Shown: positions 27,378 through 40,955, counted from the first letter of the stretch. The stretch: DNA of 64,000 nucleotides from Sphaerodactylus townsendi (GCF_021028975.2 NC_059427.1:136090001-136154000); one strand, 5' to 3'. Made by a program: numbers and translations. The notes: generated by a model from the letters alone, not told the origin.

Positions 27378-28175
27378 CAGGGGCGTATCACACAGGGGGA
27401 CATATGGAGTCAAATGTCCCCAGACTATGGCCATTTAGTCAGTGGGGGCAGAAAATTGCCCTCCTCACAAGGACATAGGTAAGGGGAGTTCTCAGGTTCA
27501 ACCCCCATTACATGTCCAAAGCTCCCCCCACCTGTGGGTGGGGTGGGGCTCTGCCCCCACAGCCCCTGCCTGGAGATGAGGCTCCACCCCCACTGCCCCC
27601 AAGCCAGCTGAGCCCTGACCACCCAGCTGGGGATGGCAGTCTCTTCTGCCTCTGCCCCCCCTTCGGCTGGGCTCCCAGCCAGCAGCCATCCTGGCCTCGG
27701 GAGCTGCTTTTATAAGCACTGAGGTTGGGGGTGAGCTCAAGGGGTGGGGCCACACCCTCATCTGCCCCTGGGGACATGGCATTGCCTCCACAAGCCCCAC
27801 CCCCTGGCCTCAGTGCTTATAAAAGTAGCTCTCCGGGACAGCTGCTGGCTGGGAGCCCAGCCAGAGGGGGGCAGGAGCAGAAGAGACTGCTGTCCCTGGC
27901 TGGGGTGTGTGGCTACATCCCCAGGGGTAGGTGGAAGCATGGTCACACCTTCGGAGTAGGTGGGGGTGTGGTCACACCCCATGAGCCCCACCCCCAAACC
28001 CACCCCATAAAATATATATACCTACATCACTGCCCCCACAGCTCCTCCTCCCCCCCAGGTCCATAATGTGATGGTGACTTTGAGATGACCTGGTGCAAAA
28101 AAAGTTGTTTGGTTGTGGTGGGGGAGAGTGGCCGCCCATATGGGGAGGGGGGCATTTTCCCTAGATATGCCTCTG
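27378..28175. mobile_element. Complete hAT-type non-autonomous transposon (798 bp)
   Basis: TIRs caggggcgtatc / gatatgcctctg, perfect 8-bp TSD TCCAGAGC (27370-27377 and 28176-28183), long internal inverted repeat at about 27630-27725 versus 27805-27905. Confidence 0.9.
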
Positions 28176-29190
28176 TCCAGAGCTGCTGACTAATCAATGA
28201 CTGTTATTTATATGGGCAAAGAATTGTGATGTGGTTACTCATCTCCTCTTGCTTTCTCAAGTCTGGATCTGTCTCTGGCCAAGATGCAATTGCTGTAAAT
28301 TCATCTAAACCCCACTTTTGCATTCCAAAGAGTTGTCTATCTTTATATTTTCTAGCTTTCTGTGGTGGGAGAAAATCACACAATAATGGCTAGGAAGTGG
28401 GATCCAGAAAACTTGGGAAGAAACTCCAGATCGGAGGTATAATTTGACATTGGAAAACAAAAATCAATTGAAAACCAAAAACCAAAAATCTCCAGTGCCC
28501 CAGAGAAGGCAGTAACTAAATTGAAAAAATGTTTAAAAATGTAAAAGGGGCAGGGGATTGCATAGTTATTTAGGCCAATATGAGTCAGATATCGTATAAA
28601 AGCCTCCCCACACATTAATCAGGATTTCTTTAATTTACCTTTGATTAATTAGAATGTTTATGCTTCCCTTCTCCATAGAAATATAGCTCTGATTCTCTGC
28701 TTTCATGAATAAGTTGCTTGTCTGATTAGTTTTGTTGTAGGAATACATTCATGAATCAAATTAATGCCATTTGTGATATACTGTGAGCTTATTTAGTAAT
28801 CAATGTACAATTGATCCGAACTATCTATCTTCAGCATTGGAAAAACATGGCTATCCCTTATCAGCCTTGGTTTTTGTTGCTTTTATGGAGGCATTAACAA
28901 TAGGTATCAGGATGAAAGATTAGTTTTGAGGGATAAAGGTTGGCCCACAAAAAGTTAAAATATCTCTTTACACAGATGATGAGGTACTCTAGTAAAACCA
29001 ATGGTCTCTTTACTTCTTAGGTTCCACAGCTAAACTATTTTGGGATAATGGGGTATATCCACTCATCCACTGACTGGAAGGAATTGCCATTCCCTCTCCT
29101 GAAAATGAAGGAATTGCATTATTGGATCTGCTCAATATCTGATGGAAGAACATCCATAGTTAGATGAATGTCTTACTCAGATAACTGCTT

Positions 29191-29226
<36 letters not shown>
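29191..29226. repeat. (AAC)n microsatellite
   Basis: About 11 units. Confidence 0.9.
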
Positions 29227-30954
29227 ATACACCTTTATCTATTTTGCTGAGGTGGCGATGTCTGTTAATGAGTTATATCTTTTTGGGGTGAGGAGAGATT
29301 AAAAACCTGAATTAATGGTCCCTTTTCAAAAGCTATATAAAAAGAGAAGACTTACAATAGAGTTTCACCCTTGTAACCCATTGAGGTAAAGGGGCTTAGA
29401 AGGGTGGAGCGAATAAAACTGTACTGTTAATGTACAAAATGTTATCTGCTATCTTTTATACTCTGCAGTCAATTGCCTGATGGTTAAATATTTTTCCATG
29501 TTATATTTGGAACAAAACTGCATAAAAATTACAATGAAAAATCTACCATGGTATAATGTAGGTAATTCAAAAATCTGCACTGTATTATCAAACCTAATTC
29601 TTGCACTTAAGCTATTTTGGACACAAAAGAAACGTTAAAAGACACATTAGCCTCAATGAATTTCCATTAGCTTCTTTCATTTATAATCACTCACTCCATT
29701 TGAAGGGAGACATTCATAATTGGATTTTGTATAACATTGTGAATTTTGGAGACAGCCACTACCATCTTCGGAGTAGATCTGAAATTAGTACATTGTTGGA
29801 TAATGTGGGTCCCTTCCGATTCCATATTTCCAGTTACAAAATAATATAACAAAATGCTTGTGGTCTGGCAACATGAGAAGAGCATTTAATGACTTTGAGA
29901 CCCTGACACAATAAGGGAGAAAAGCATACTGCCTAAAAAGAATAATATTGCATTATGAGTTAGTGGAGGCTGCAGGCCACAGCACTGAGGTGGTGTCCCT
30001 GCCGCTCCCAAAGAGATTCCCCAGTGGTGTGGGGAGACTTGCAAAGTGCAACGGCCTCCCCACTGCCGAGAAGCCTCAGTGGGCTGCAGTGGACTTTCAC
30101 CAGCCTAAAGGCTGACTTAAGGTTGGATTGTGCCAGCCTGCCAGCACAATGCCATCAAAGGCCAGGAGGGAGCCAACTGATGTCATTTCCTCCCCTGGCC
30201 CTGCCCTGCTACACTGGCAGCAGCAGAGGTGCAGGGATGCTGCTGCTGCAGTGTGCTGTGCTGCATCCCACTGCCAGGGGAGGGTGGTGGTGGTTTTTCC
30301 CCTCCACTGAGGTAAATGCCTAGAGAGGGTAAATCCACTGGTGCGGTCACCCCACCACTATCACGGGAAAATTCACCTGCCCCCTTTGGATGAGGCTTTT
30401 TGAGGAATATAAGAAATAAGAGTTGATATAGGAGGAAGAAGAAAAATAATTATTACAGTATTTGAACCGATTGACAGTTTATTTTAGGGGAATTTCAAGA
30501 CTGGGGAATGTTCCTGGACCTTGCCTTCCTGTTGGGTAAATAGGTGACAATGGTAACCAGGGGTGTCTTCCATCAACACTGGTTGGTGAGCCAGCTGTTT
30601 GCCTTCCAGGGTAGTAGATCTTATCTCTGTGGTGTCCCTGCCATCTGAGACTAGATGTGTAACAACCAGATAAAGGGCATCATGGTGCCAAAACTTTGGA
30701 ACTCTCTCCACAGGCAGACTAACCTGTCATTGTCTTCTGCCAGTGAGTGAAAGTTTTTATTATATTTGGCACCCCTTCCCAGTATTGATCCTACTTCCTG
30801 TGTTGAGTATAACTATATGTTGTTATTGTATTGCTAAATATTTTATATATACATTTTAAATGTGGTGATTGCCACCTTGGGGACCCTATTTGAGAGGAAT
30901 GGTGCATGGAATTTTAAAATAAATAAATGATCAGCTTTTTAAAATGTGATCTCC

Positions 30955-31230
30955 TTTTAGATGTGGTGAAGAGTGGTAAGCTGCAGTGCTGTGGTCAAAA
31001 GATTGGCACACAACCTGATTTAGATTCCAATGGAAATCAGTTTCAGGGAGGCGGTCCAAGGCTGATTCACCCTTGCATCCTACTGAGGTTAGTAAAACGA
31101 GTACCCAGCTTGCTGGGGGTAAAGTGTAAATGAATGGGAAAGGCAATGACAAACCACCCCATAAACATAGTCTGCCTAGGTAACATCGTGATGTGACATC
31201 ATGAGTCAGTAATTACCAGATGCTTGCATT
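30955..31230 (+). mobile_element. Sauria SINE (Squam1-like)
   Basis: tRNA-like head, body aggctgattcaccc...aggttagtaaaacgagtacccagc, RTE/Bov-B-like tail ggcaatgacaaaccacc. Confidence 0.7.
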
Positions 31231-32454
31231 ATACGAAATTATGGTTGCTAGGTGTGTGTGCCCCCCCCCCCCGACCATTAGTGGGGAGTGGGGCTAAGTT
31301 TGCCAGATCTGGGTTATGGAAACTGGAGATTTGGGGGTGGAGTCTAGGAAGAATAGAAACCTCTGTAGGATATGATGCCATTAAGACCACCCTCCAAAAT
31401 ATCAATTTTCTATAGGGAAACTTATCTCTGTAGTCTTAATTCCAGTTGGAGGCTAGCATCCCTAGATGTTTACAAAATTCTGTATTAATGGCATCTAATA
31501 TTGAAACAGTTAAATAAAACTTACAGAAATGGAATAGAGAGTTGTTGGAGATATTATTTTATCAGCACCCCAAAATAAGGATTATTGGGTAATTTGTTGG
31601 GCTGATCTGCATCAATTAAACATCTCTGAATTAGTGCAAGTTGGTGCTAATAAACAATTTACCACAGTTAGCAGGTTTTTGAGCAAGCCCAACCATGCCC
31701 AATCATGTTCTTACTTTAGAGTTTCCAGCAATGCCTATAGTAGTGTGACATCACTTCCTATTTTTACCAGAAGTAATGTAACACTGTCACCTGATGGCAC
31801 CCTCCATGTCCCTGCCTCCCCCCCCAAACCTTTCGTTGGCAGCTCCACTTCATTCACATTTGGTCCCATTGTCTACTGAATTTGAGAGAATGATTTTGAA
31901 TATAGTACAACTAATAGTATGGTATGTGCTACTGTGTTATCCTTTAGTTTTGCTGAATTTCTGAAATATCATATTAAGTATCATTATTTCACACACTCAT
32001 TGATCTAACCATCCTGCAAGTGTTTCTTTGTTGCATGCTGTTTTTAAGATTTGATTGTTTTTAACGTATATTTGTTGTGATTTCATTGATTTTCTGACTG
32101 TTAACTACCTTAAGTGCCCTTGGCAAGCAGACAGGCAGCTATATAAATGAACTGTCTGAAAAATACATGGTATTATCTATGGGTGTAACGTGAATGTCAG
32201 ACAAACCAAACTCAAACATTCCCAGTCATGTCCCTTGGCTTCTATGGCTTCTTCCTTGCATCCTGACTCAAAGGTAAATCCCACTGTGTGCAACAGAGTT
32301 TCCTCCCAGGTAAATACGCATAGTCTTAAGATGTGTTTCATGTATGATAGAAAGGAAAGGGCATAGATTGGATACTGTGCTGCATGAAAATTTTTATTTT
32401 ATAATGTATACATGTATCTGGACAACAGAGGGTGCACTGTTTTTTTCACCCTAC

Positions 32455-34658
32455 TGTTACCTAGCTCAACAGTTATGAATATATTTTTCAAAGTAGCAAT
32501 GGGGAAAATAACTCAGCTTGGCAGTGCGAGAGGCAGACTGGGTGGGATTTTTAGACAACTATACCAGAATTGGCTTTTGAAATGTTCTACAGAGAAGGCA
32601 AAAGAGACCAAATTGTAATTTTGGTTGCAAGCAATCATACAGTGAGACGTTAAGGCTCATACACACAGTTCCTAAGTATATAAACAGGGAGGAAAAACAG
32701 TTTTGGATGATAGAATAGGAGGGGAAGCAGGGGACTCATATGTTACCTAAATTCAGCTGAAGAAGTTCTTGAAGAAGGCAAGGATCCCTATGCCAGCATG
32801 GAGACCCAAGCGAAGGACGATATATCATGTCTCAAACCAATGTGACCAAAAGAGGTTCAGGCTAGTATTGAGCACTGAGGCTCAGGTGTGCAGTGTTTTT
32901 ATACCCCCATGCACAGGTAAGGCGGGAAATTCAAACTTAGGTTTCATTTCTCTGCAACTACTTGGGGTTTCCTTGCTGGACTTGCTGGTTTGAGCTAATT
33001 AGCAGCTATATCTATTGTTTCTTCTTCCCGGGACAATGGGGCCAACTGGTCCTTGATCACATCTGTAACCCTGCCCTGTATACCCTGCCTTATGAAATAT
33101 TTGATTTCATATTGTTTCTTATGCTATGTGCTGCAAAATGCCAGTTTCCTTGTTTGTATGGGTGGATAGCAGAGTGTCCAAGCTGAAAGCAGGCCCCAGG
33201 CAAAAGGTCTGTTTAGCAAGATTAAATCAATGAATGAGTTACTCCAGCATAACCTGGAGGTCTCATTTTGTTTGTGGGCATGATCTTGATTACCACACCT
33301 TGCTAAAATACTGTGAGACAAAAGAATATGGAAAAACACCTTGGTATCAGATGTTGCATTTCACTATCTCTTCTAGAAACCATGTCAGCAACAGATAGCT
33401 GCTTCTTTGCATTTCCTCCACCTATTGTTATGACTCTCCTAAACCACTCACCCTGTCCTAATCAAATGTCTCAGCTAAATCTGAATAACCTGGGCAGTGT
33501 CTCTACAGAGTTACTCTGCATCAAGCCATTCTGTGCTTCCTGATTTAATCTAAGAGCAATTGACCCCCATTGTCCTGGGTACTTAGAACAATAGATAGAG
33601 CTCAAGCCAGCAAGTCCAGCATGGGAAGTTCCAGAGAATTTAGGAAAATGAAACTTAAAACTCACTTGTTCCCGCCCCTACCTGGGCAAAAGGGTATAAA
33701 AGTACTGTGCACCCCAACTCTAGTGCTCAATACTAGCCTGTACCTCTCTTGGTCTGGTTGGGTTGAGACATGATATCGTCCTTTGCCTGGATTCAGATGC
33801 TGGTCATTTGAATCCTCGCCTTCTACAAGATCTTCAGCTGAATTTAGGTAAAATATAGTCCCTGCTTCCCCAGCTCCCTGTGCTATCATCCCACCTATCT
33901 TTCCTCCCTATCTATATACTAGGAACTGTGTGTATGTGCCTTGACTTCTCACTGTGTGATTGTTTGCAACCAAAATTTATATAAAAATATTTAAACTGCA
34001 ATTTGTGAATTCTCTGCAGATACGTTTCAAGCCGTTTCTGGTATACATAGTCTAAAAAGATCCCTACCCAGCCTGCCTCTCGCATTGCTAAGCTGAGTTA
34101 TTTTCCCCATTGCTACTTTAAAATAGTTGTGTGCTGTTACACTCTTAGCAGCTGGTGGAGATTCCTTAGAAATAAGTTCACAACCTGTGAAAGCTGGGTA
34201 ACACATCAGTGAAACCTTGAATGGTTTATGCGGAGGTACTTCCTACAGTTTCTGCCCAGAGTATTAAAGTTTGGCTGAGGCGTTTGTCATCAGGAAGGGA
34301 TCGTTTTGTTAGGGAGAAAATACAAAGAGATACCACAATCTCAGGGCAGGATGTTCCTGTACTATTTGCATAGCTGCAACCATGGCAAGGTGTGGTATCC
34401 AGGAGTTCTACAGATTTCATTATGTTAACGATAATCAAGATGCATGTCCTTGTCATGAGGCTTCCAGATTGTATCACTGGAGTAACTCATAGATCTAATC
34501 TTTGCAAACAGACTGTTTTGCCTTAGGCTTGCTTTTAGCTTGGACATTCTGCTATCCACCCATACAAACATGGAAACTGGCTTTTTATAGCACACAGTGT
34601 AAGAAATAATATGAAAATCCAATATTTCATAAGGCAGGGGATGAAGGCCATGCTAACA
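32455..34658 (-). mobile_element. Solo LTR (outer), split by a nested related LTR
   Basis: TG...CA ends and 4-bp TSD CTAC (32451-32454 and 34659-34662). Both halves are inverted homologues of the inner LTR. Confidence 0.85.
33064..34141 (+). mobile_element. Solo LTR (inner), opposite orientation
   Basis: TGTAAC...GTTACA inverted ends and TATAAAA at 33695; homologous to the outer LTR at both ends; TSD imperfect. Confidence 0.8.
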
Positions 34659-36533
34659 CTACATACACAAAGAAGAAGTTTGTTTCCTGCTCGGAAGCAA
34701 GGAGAACCATTGTTCCAGTGTTCCTGAATGGAGTGATATTGGGTCAGCTGAAAGTAGCTGCTGTATAAACTGGCTCTACTTCTTTGCTACAAAGATTTGC
34801 TTCAAGCCAGCCCATCCACTCTCCTTGTAGAATAATATTATGCTTGTTGCAAAATGGGGCAAAGTGGGGATTTTTGAGGCTGAGTGCAGATTAACACAGA
34901 AGATAAACTTTTTTCTTTGCCTATGCCACATTATTTACTTACTTCATTTATATTGCACCTTTCTCCCAGTGGGAACCCGAAGTGGCATCCAACATCATTC
35001 TTGTTTTCTCTGTTTTATTTTCACATCTGTGAATGGCTATTTCCTGTGAAGGAGGTTGGCTGAGATTAGATGACTGGATTGAGGTCACCCAGCAAGCTTC
35101 CATAGCAGACTTGGGATTCAACCCTGCACATCCCAGATGGTAACTCTACACCACAAAGGTGCTCACTGCTATTCAGTGGCTGCTATTCACAAAGTTTGTT
35201 GCTGGTGATCATTAGGCCTGGTCTTTGTAATTCAAAAGGCCATAACTAGGAATTTCAAGAATAGCATGGACAGCTACAGTAGATGGGGATAATGACTGGA
35301 ACCCCTAAATCATCAAAGAATGAAAGTCTGTTTCCCAGTCTCATGGATTACTGTGGCTGGGTAGTTGAGTCCATTCTTGCTTATCATCATCAACCAAAAC
35401 CATAGTTTTTTTGATTGACGTGTGTGTGTGTGTGGGGGGGGGCATGTAGTGCTGACACACATTTTTGATGTGGAGGCTAAGATGACAAGTCTGGCCAAAG
35501 CTGTTAATATTGGTCAAGTTTGGAGCTGGAGAATGAGGTGGGGAAGTTGTGCACAATACCAGTAGAACCCACCTGTTAGCAGAAAGTTGCACAAAATAGC
35601 TGGGGTGACATTTGATGATGCAGATCAGATAAGCAACATTTGTTTAACCCATAAGTGAGCTTCATCTTGTTATGGGTACAATAATTGGTGTGGGTACAAT
35701 AATTAGCAGCATGATATTCACCTGTGACAATGTCCATTTTTCTACTCTATACTCATGCACATAATGCCAAAATATGAAGCAGACCTTTCCATTTGTGTAA
35801 ATGCCACCCTGTATAACCATTTTCCTTTGGCACCTTCCCAGAAGCTAAAATTACCTTGCATACATTTGTCAGGTTGAATACAACTTTCTCCCATCACACT
35901 GAATTTAAACACTTGATTTCAGCAATTCCCCACCTACAGCTCCAAGCGCTTGACAGTACATTAAAGCATGTAATGTAATGTTGAAAACACTGTTCCTTGC
36001 CTTGGGTCATGCAGTGAGACAGAGATTCCAGGAGACCTCACATTCAACGCGGTGTTCTGAATATTAAATATGTTATTCTCCAGAGAGCAAGTTTATAGAA
36101 AAGTAACCATCTGATATTTAGTTATGTTTACATGGGTAAAAAAGAGGGATAAATCCCTACAAAAAGATTAGCCTTGAGGTTTCTTTGTAGGCTCAGTGGG
36201 ATTACTTACTCTGAAAAGTATATGCATGTGGATCTGAATTAACACAAATGCATTCATTACATTTCCAGCCCATACCCCCGGGGGGCACTTACAGTGGCAT
36301 ACATGGTCCTTCCTCCCTCCCTTCCTACTATGAGGTAGTATCACGGGCCTAAGGTCACACATTGAGCTACATGGCTCAAATGGAGATTTAAACCCAGACT
36401 TCCCCTACTCTAATTTCTGTGCCGTTGGAGGAGAGTATCATGGGGACTGCCAAAAGACAAACCAGTGAGTTCTAGATCAAATCAAGGCTGGACTCTCCTT
36501 AGAAGCTGAAATGACTAAACTGAGGCTATTGTA

Positions 36534-37425
36534 GCCAAATGTAAAGTGATGCACATAGGGGCAAAAAATCCAAACTTCACATACACGCTACAGGGGTTAG
36601 TGCTATCAGTCACAGACCAGGAAAGGGATTTAGGCGTCTTAGTTGATAGTTCCATGGGAATGTCAACTCAATGCATGGCAGCTGTGAAAAAGGCAAACTC
36701 TATGCTGGGGATCATTAGAAAAGGAATTGATAATAAAACTGCAAAGATTGTCATGCCCTTATATAAAGCAGTGGTGCGACCGCACTTGGAGTACTGTGTC
36801 CAGTTCTGGTCGCCGCATCTCAAAAGGATATTGAGGAGATAGAAAAAGTGCAGAGAAGGGCAACAAGGATGATTGAGGGACTGGAGCACCTTCCTATGAG
36901 GAGAGGCTGCAGCGTTTGGGACTCTTTAGTTTGGAGAGGAGGCTGGCTGGGGGGATATGATTGAAGTCTACAAAATTATGCATGGGGTAGAAAATGTTGA
37001 CAGAGAGAAATTTTTCTCTCTTTCTCACAATACTAGAACCAGGGGGCATTCATTGAAAATGCTGGGGGGAAGAATTAGGACTAATAAAAGGAAACATTTC
37101 TTCATGCAACGTGTGATTGGTGTTTGGAATATGCTGCCACAGGAGGTGGTGATGGCCACTAACCTGGATAGCTTTAAAAGGGGCTTGGACAGATTTATGG
37201 AGGAGAAGTCAATTTATGGCTACCAATCTTGATCCTCCTTGATCTCAGATTGCAAATGCCTTAACAGACCAGGTGATCGGGAGCAACAGCCTCAGAAGGC
37301 CATTGCGTTCACATCCTACATGTGAGCTCCTAAAGGCACCTGGTGGGCCACTGCGAGTAGCAGAGAGCTGGACTAGATGGACTTTGGTCTGATCCAGCTG
37401 GCTTGTTCTTATGTTCTTATGTTCT
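36534..37425 (+). mobile_element. 5'-truncated CR1 LINE, young
   Basis: ORF2 C-terminus (ERDLGVLVD, LYKAVVRPHLEYCVQFWSP, RTRGHSLK, FKRGLDRFM), (TTCTTATG)n tail, TSD TATTGTA (36527-36533 and 37426-37432). Confidence 0.95.
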
Positions 37426-37574
37426 TATTGTACTTTGATTACATTACAAGAAGATGAAAGTCACTTAGAAGGGCAATAATGTTAGGAAATGTATTGTCGA
37501 AGGCTTTCACGGCCGGAATCACTGGGGTGCTATGTGGTTTCCGGGCTGTATGGCCGTGTTCTAGCAGCATTCTC

Positions 37575-37617
37575 TCCTGATGTTTCGCCTGCATCTGTGG
37601 CTGGCATCTTCAGAGGA
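37575..37617 (-). ncRNA. Minimal type I hammerhead ribozyme motif (minus strand)
   Basis: Minus strand reads UCCU-CUGAAGA-UGCC...AGGC-GAAA-CAUC-AGGA: intact core boxes, stem I and stem II, vestigial stem III. Confidence 0.75.
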
Positions 37618-37637
37618 TCTGAATCAGATCCTTCAGA

Positions 37638-37680
37638 TCCTCTGAAGATGCCAACCACAGATGCAGGCGAAACATCAGGA
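37638..37680 (+). ncRNA. Minimal type I hammerhead ribozyme motif (plus strand)
   Basis: TCCT 37638-41, CTGAAGA 37642-48, stem II GCC/GGC, GAAA 37669-72, predicted cleavage after C37676, AGGA 37677-80. Confidence 0.75.
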
Positions 37681-38333
37681 GAGAATGCTGCTGGAACACG
37701 GCCATACGGCCTGGAAACCACACAGCACCCCAATGTTAGGAAATATGGAAGGCAGCAGGATAAGTTCTAATATAAGATGGATTGATTCTGTAAAGGAAGC
37801 CATGCTCCTCAGTTTTGCAAGACTCGAGCAAGGCTGTTAATAATAGGATGTTTTGGAGGACATTGATTCATAGGGTCGCATGAATCAGAAGCGACTTAGC
37901 ACTTAACACACATATAACAACTATATCCCCAACTGTCAATTTCCTGAACATTGCTTGTCACACTGTTGACGAACAGCCACATTTGGGTATGTTTGCTGGC
38001 TCTTGAAACTTGAAACCTGTTGAAATTTTCTGCTAGCTTGGCATCAACAGGTGTGATTTGCAATTTGTTCTTAATATAGAACCTGTTGTCAAGGAACTAA
38101 TACAGTTTTGGGAAACTTCTATTTGCAAGTCTTACCCAGTTGCTTAGTTGACTGAATGGGGGTGGTGAGAGTTTGAGTGCTTTATTGGATATTGATCTCC
38201 CTTGAACCACACATGTGCAAATGTAACATTAACAATGCACAATACAAATGAAAAAGTCAGAGGAACTTTGAGAAAAGCATGAAGAATTCCAACATGGGTA
38301 ATTTTGTAGGGGAGTTCTGCATAGCCTTACTTA

Positions 38334-38463
38334 GGCTCATTCCGCACACGCAAAATAATGCACTTTCAAGCTGCTTTCACAACTGTTTTTGCCATTCCGC
38401 ACAGCTTCAAAGAGCCCTGAAAGCAGCTTGAAAGTGCATTATTCTGCGTGTGCGGAATGAGCC
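38334..38463. mobile_element. 130-bp Harbinger-type MITE, family A variant
   Basis: Near-perfect ~40-bp TIR ggctcattccgcacacgca; TSD TTA/CTA. Confidence 0.85.
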
Positions 38464-40480
38464 CTAGTTACTTCTGAAGCAGTTCCTAAGGAGCCTCTGA
38501 TCCACAAGAACTTCAATAATTAGATCATTGGGTTAGGTTAAAACGATGTCTCCCATTAGCCAGTTAACAGGTTTTTTAAACGTCAATTAATAGTAGTCTC
38601 TATCTGCTTCTTAGTAGGAAATATAGTATTGCATTGCTAGACTGCAGTCTTATAAACACTTAGCTGGTCTTGTTCCCCAGTGAGTTGTGTGGGATGTACG
38701 GTACTTAAGTAAATGTGGTCATAGGATGAGCTGAAGGACTGCAGTCCTATGTGGGCCCTATTTAACTCAAAGTGAAAATGTATATGAATGGGCTGAAGGC
38801 ATGATTAACCTACCTAGATTCAACTCACTATGCCTATCAGACAACCACATTTTGAGCTGCCACTAATTTCCACCCACAGAATAATTCAAGATAATCCTGT
38901 TTGGGTTGAGTTATTCCTGTCTCCTGAGTGTTAACTGTGAACTTGAGTTAGGAGATGTCACAAATGAAATTATACACTCATGCCTTTACAATTATCATCT
39001 GTAGCAGGATGCTGTTAAAATACCAGAAATGAGTAAATTAGGTGTTGGTAGGAATTTCCAAGGATTTTTGGGTGGGGAGTTTACTAGCTAAATGTCTCAG
39101 GGTGAGCTTGATAAATCTCTGACTTTATCCTTCATAGCCTTTATCTGTGCCCCCTGTGGTAAAGGTGTTCTTGATGATTGCTCCACTCATGGCTTCTCAA
39201 CAGGGTTGCCCAAACTGCTTGCTTACCTCCTCTGATCCCAAGTCCCTGAACATAGCCTCAATTAGAGGAAAAAAACTTACTGAGATAACCAATAAGACAA
39301 ATAAAACTAAAAGGTAAAGCATCTATAAGTTAAAATATCATCCCAAGGCCTCATTGCAGAGATCTTCCTAAAGGTAATCATTTTGGAAATGATAATGATA
39401 ATTATTTTGGAAATCTGAAAGCTCTCCCCAGCTGACAAAAGAGAATTACCAAGCTCTATTTCAGCAGAATTTAACATCCTGGGGAAGTAGAGGGAGACAG
39501 CAAAGCTTTATATGGAAAGAAAAGCTGTTGATGAATATCAGCTTGTGGACAAATCATATTTCAGTTACAGGTAGGGCAGATAAATATCTCTATTAGAAAC
39601 TGAATGGAGGTTTTGGTAGAGTGACTAAAATTAGCTTTTCATTTGCTCCACGGCTCTCTGGTCTCACTTTGGGGACTATTTCAAACAGGGAAACAGGTTG
39701 TCCTGTGCAAGTTAGACATGACTTGATTATGTTTATCCAGTTTTTACTATTTATTTATTTACACTCCATTCATCTTCCCAGTGAGGGCTCGAAGTGGCTT
39801 ATTTCAGTCACCTCTCCATCATTTTATCAAAACAACAACCCTGCGAGGAAGGTTAGTCTGTGAATGTGTGATTGGCTCAATATTGCCTAGCAAACTTCCA
39901 CACTGGCTTTCACTGCCAGTGGCATAATACACCTTGATTCCATAAACTGAATTCTATCATTCCTCTTTACTGTGTCTCTTCAAGAGTTGTCTGAACTGGC
40001 TTAAATCACCCCATCAGATGTTCTGTGCTTTCAACAATTCCATATTACGCTAAACTTCAACAAATACAGCTTTATGACCATATCAAGAAATTGTCCTCAG
40101 CTGGAGTTTTCTCTACTATGTTGAAGGCCTAGCCTGCCTATATGGAACTCTGAAGTCCCTTGAGCTGTCGGAACTTGTTCACTCTAGTCTATATGAGATG
40201 ACTGGGTGAAGAGTGGTTAGCCTCTGAGGAGATTTAATAAATGAGAATAGATACACACATTCACATGAAATTCACAAGGGAGTCCTAGTATGATTGCATT
40301 GGTAAGAGATGTGCAAGCCACTTCAATAAGTTCTGCTGGACTCCCTCCAGCACAGACTTTTCAATGAAAATTTGAAAATACTAGGAATGTCACAAACTTT
40401 GCGGCAAACATGCTCTGTTAGATGGACATAATCACCATCTCCTCACCCTTCCCCAGCTGTATAGTAGCTGCAGTGGTGGA

Positions 40481-40955
40481 TAGGTTTGATCAATACCTTA
40501 AATATTTGGTAAAATTCAGATTTGGGTTTATTCAGGCATAAAAGTATTCATATGCCCAAATAAGCCTGAATATCAGACTTGGTATGCCCGAATATATTTG
40601 GATATCTGAATATATTTGGGTCCATCAGATTTTTTTGTGTTTTTTCACATTTTGGCCTGCAGGGGGCATATTTTTAAAGCTAACAGCACCAAAATTTCAG
40701 GGTCTCATCCAGAGACTGTCCTGATGATGTCACCCAAGTTTGGTGTAGTTTGTTTCAGGGAACCAAAGGTATGGACTCACAGAGTAGGTGCCCCATTCCC
40801 CATTGTTTCCAAAGGGAGCTAACAGGAGATGGGGGCTATCCCTTTGAGGGTCCATAATTTTGGCCCCCCTGAATCTGCATGCCTTCGCACAAAGGTGCAT
40901 CTTTTTTTTTCCTTTTCTGCCTGCATTTCTGTTCTTTCCTGCCTGCACAGCTTGG

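Larger units (their letters stand above)
37491..37731 (-). mobile_element. Penelope-derived palindromic mini-element (inverted pLTR pair plus 3' tail)
   Basis: About 100-bp inverted arms (37524-37623 and 37632-37731), an unpaired ~33-nt tail at 37491-37523, and 13-bp TSD AATGTTAGGAAAT (37478-37490 and 37732-37744). Confidence 0.9.
36455..37912 (+). mobile_element. Old RTE-clade LINE 3' fragment hosting CR1 and Penelope insertions
   Basis: After removing the two inserts, the sequence reads as an RTE C-terminus (SLEAEMTKLRLLYF...LGNMEGSR...RWIDSVKE) with an RTE-like 3' end gggtcgcatgaatcagaagcgactt. Confidence 0.7.

Noticed and set aside
37489-37770. Near-identical ORFs on opposite strands
   Set aside because: Consequence of the Penelope palindrome; not protein-coding.
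39432-39570. AG...GT-bounded open frame (LTKENYQALFQQ...)
   Set aside because: Weak polypyrimidine tract, unrecognisable peptide and no partner exons.
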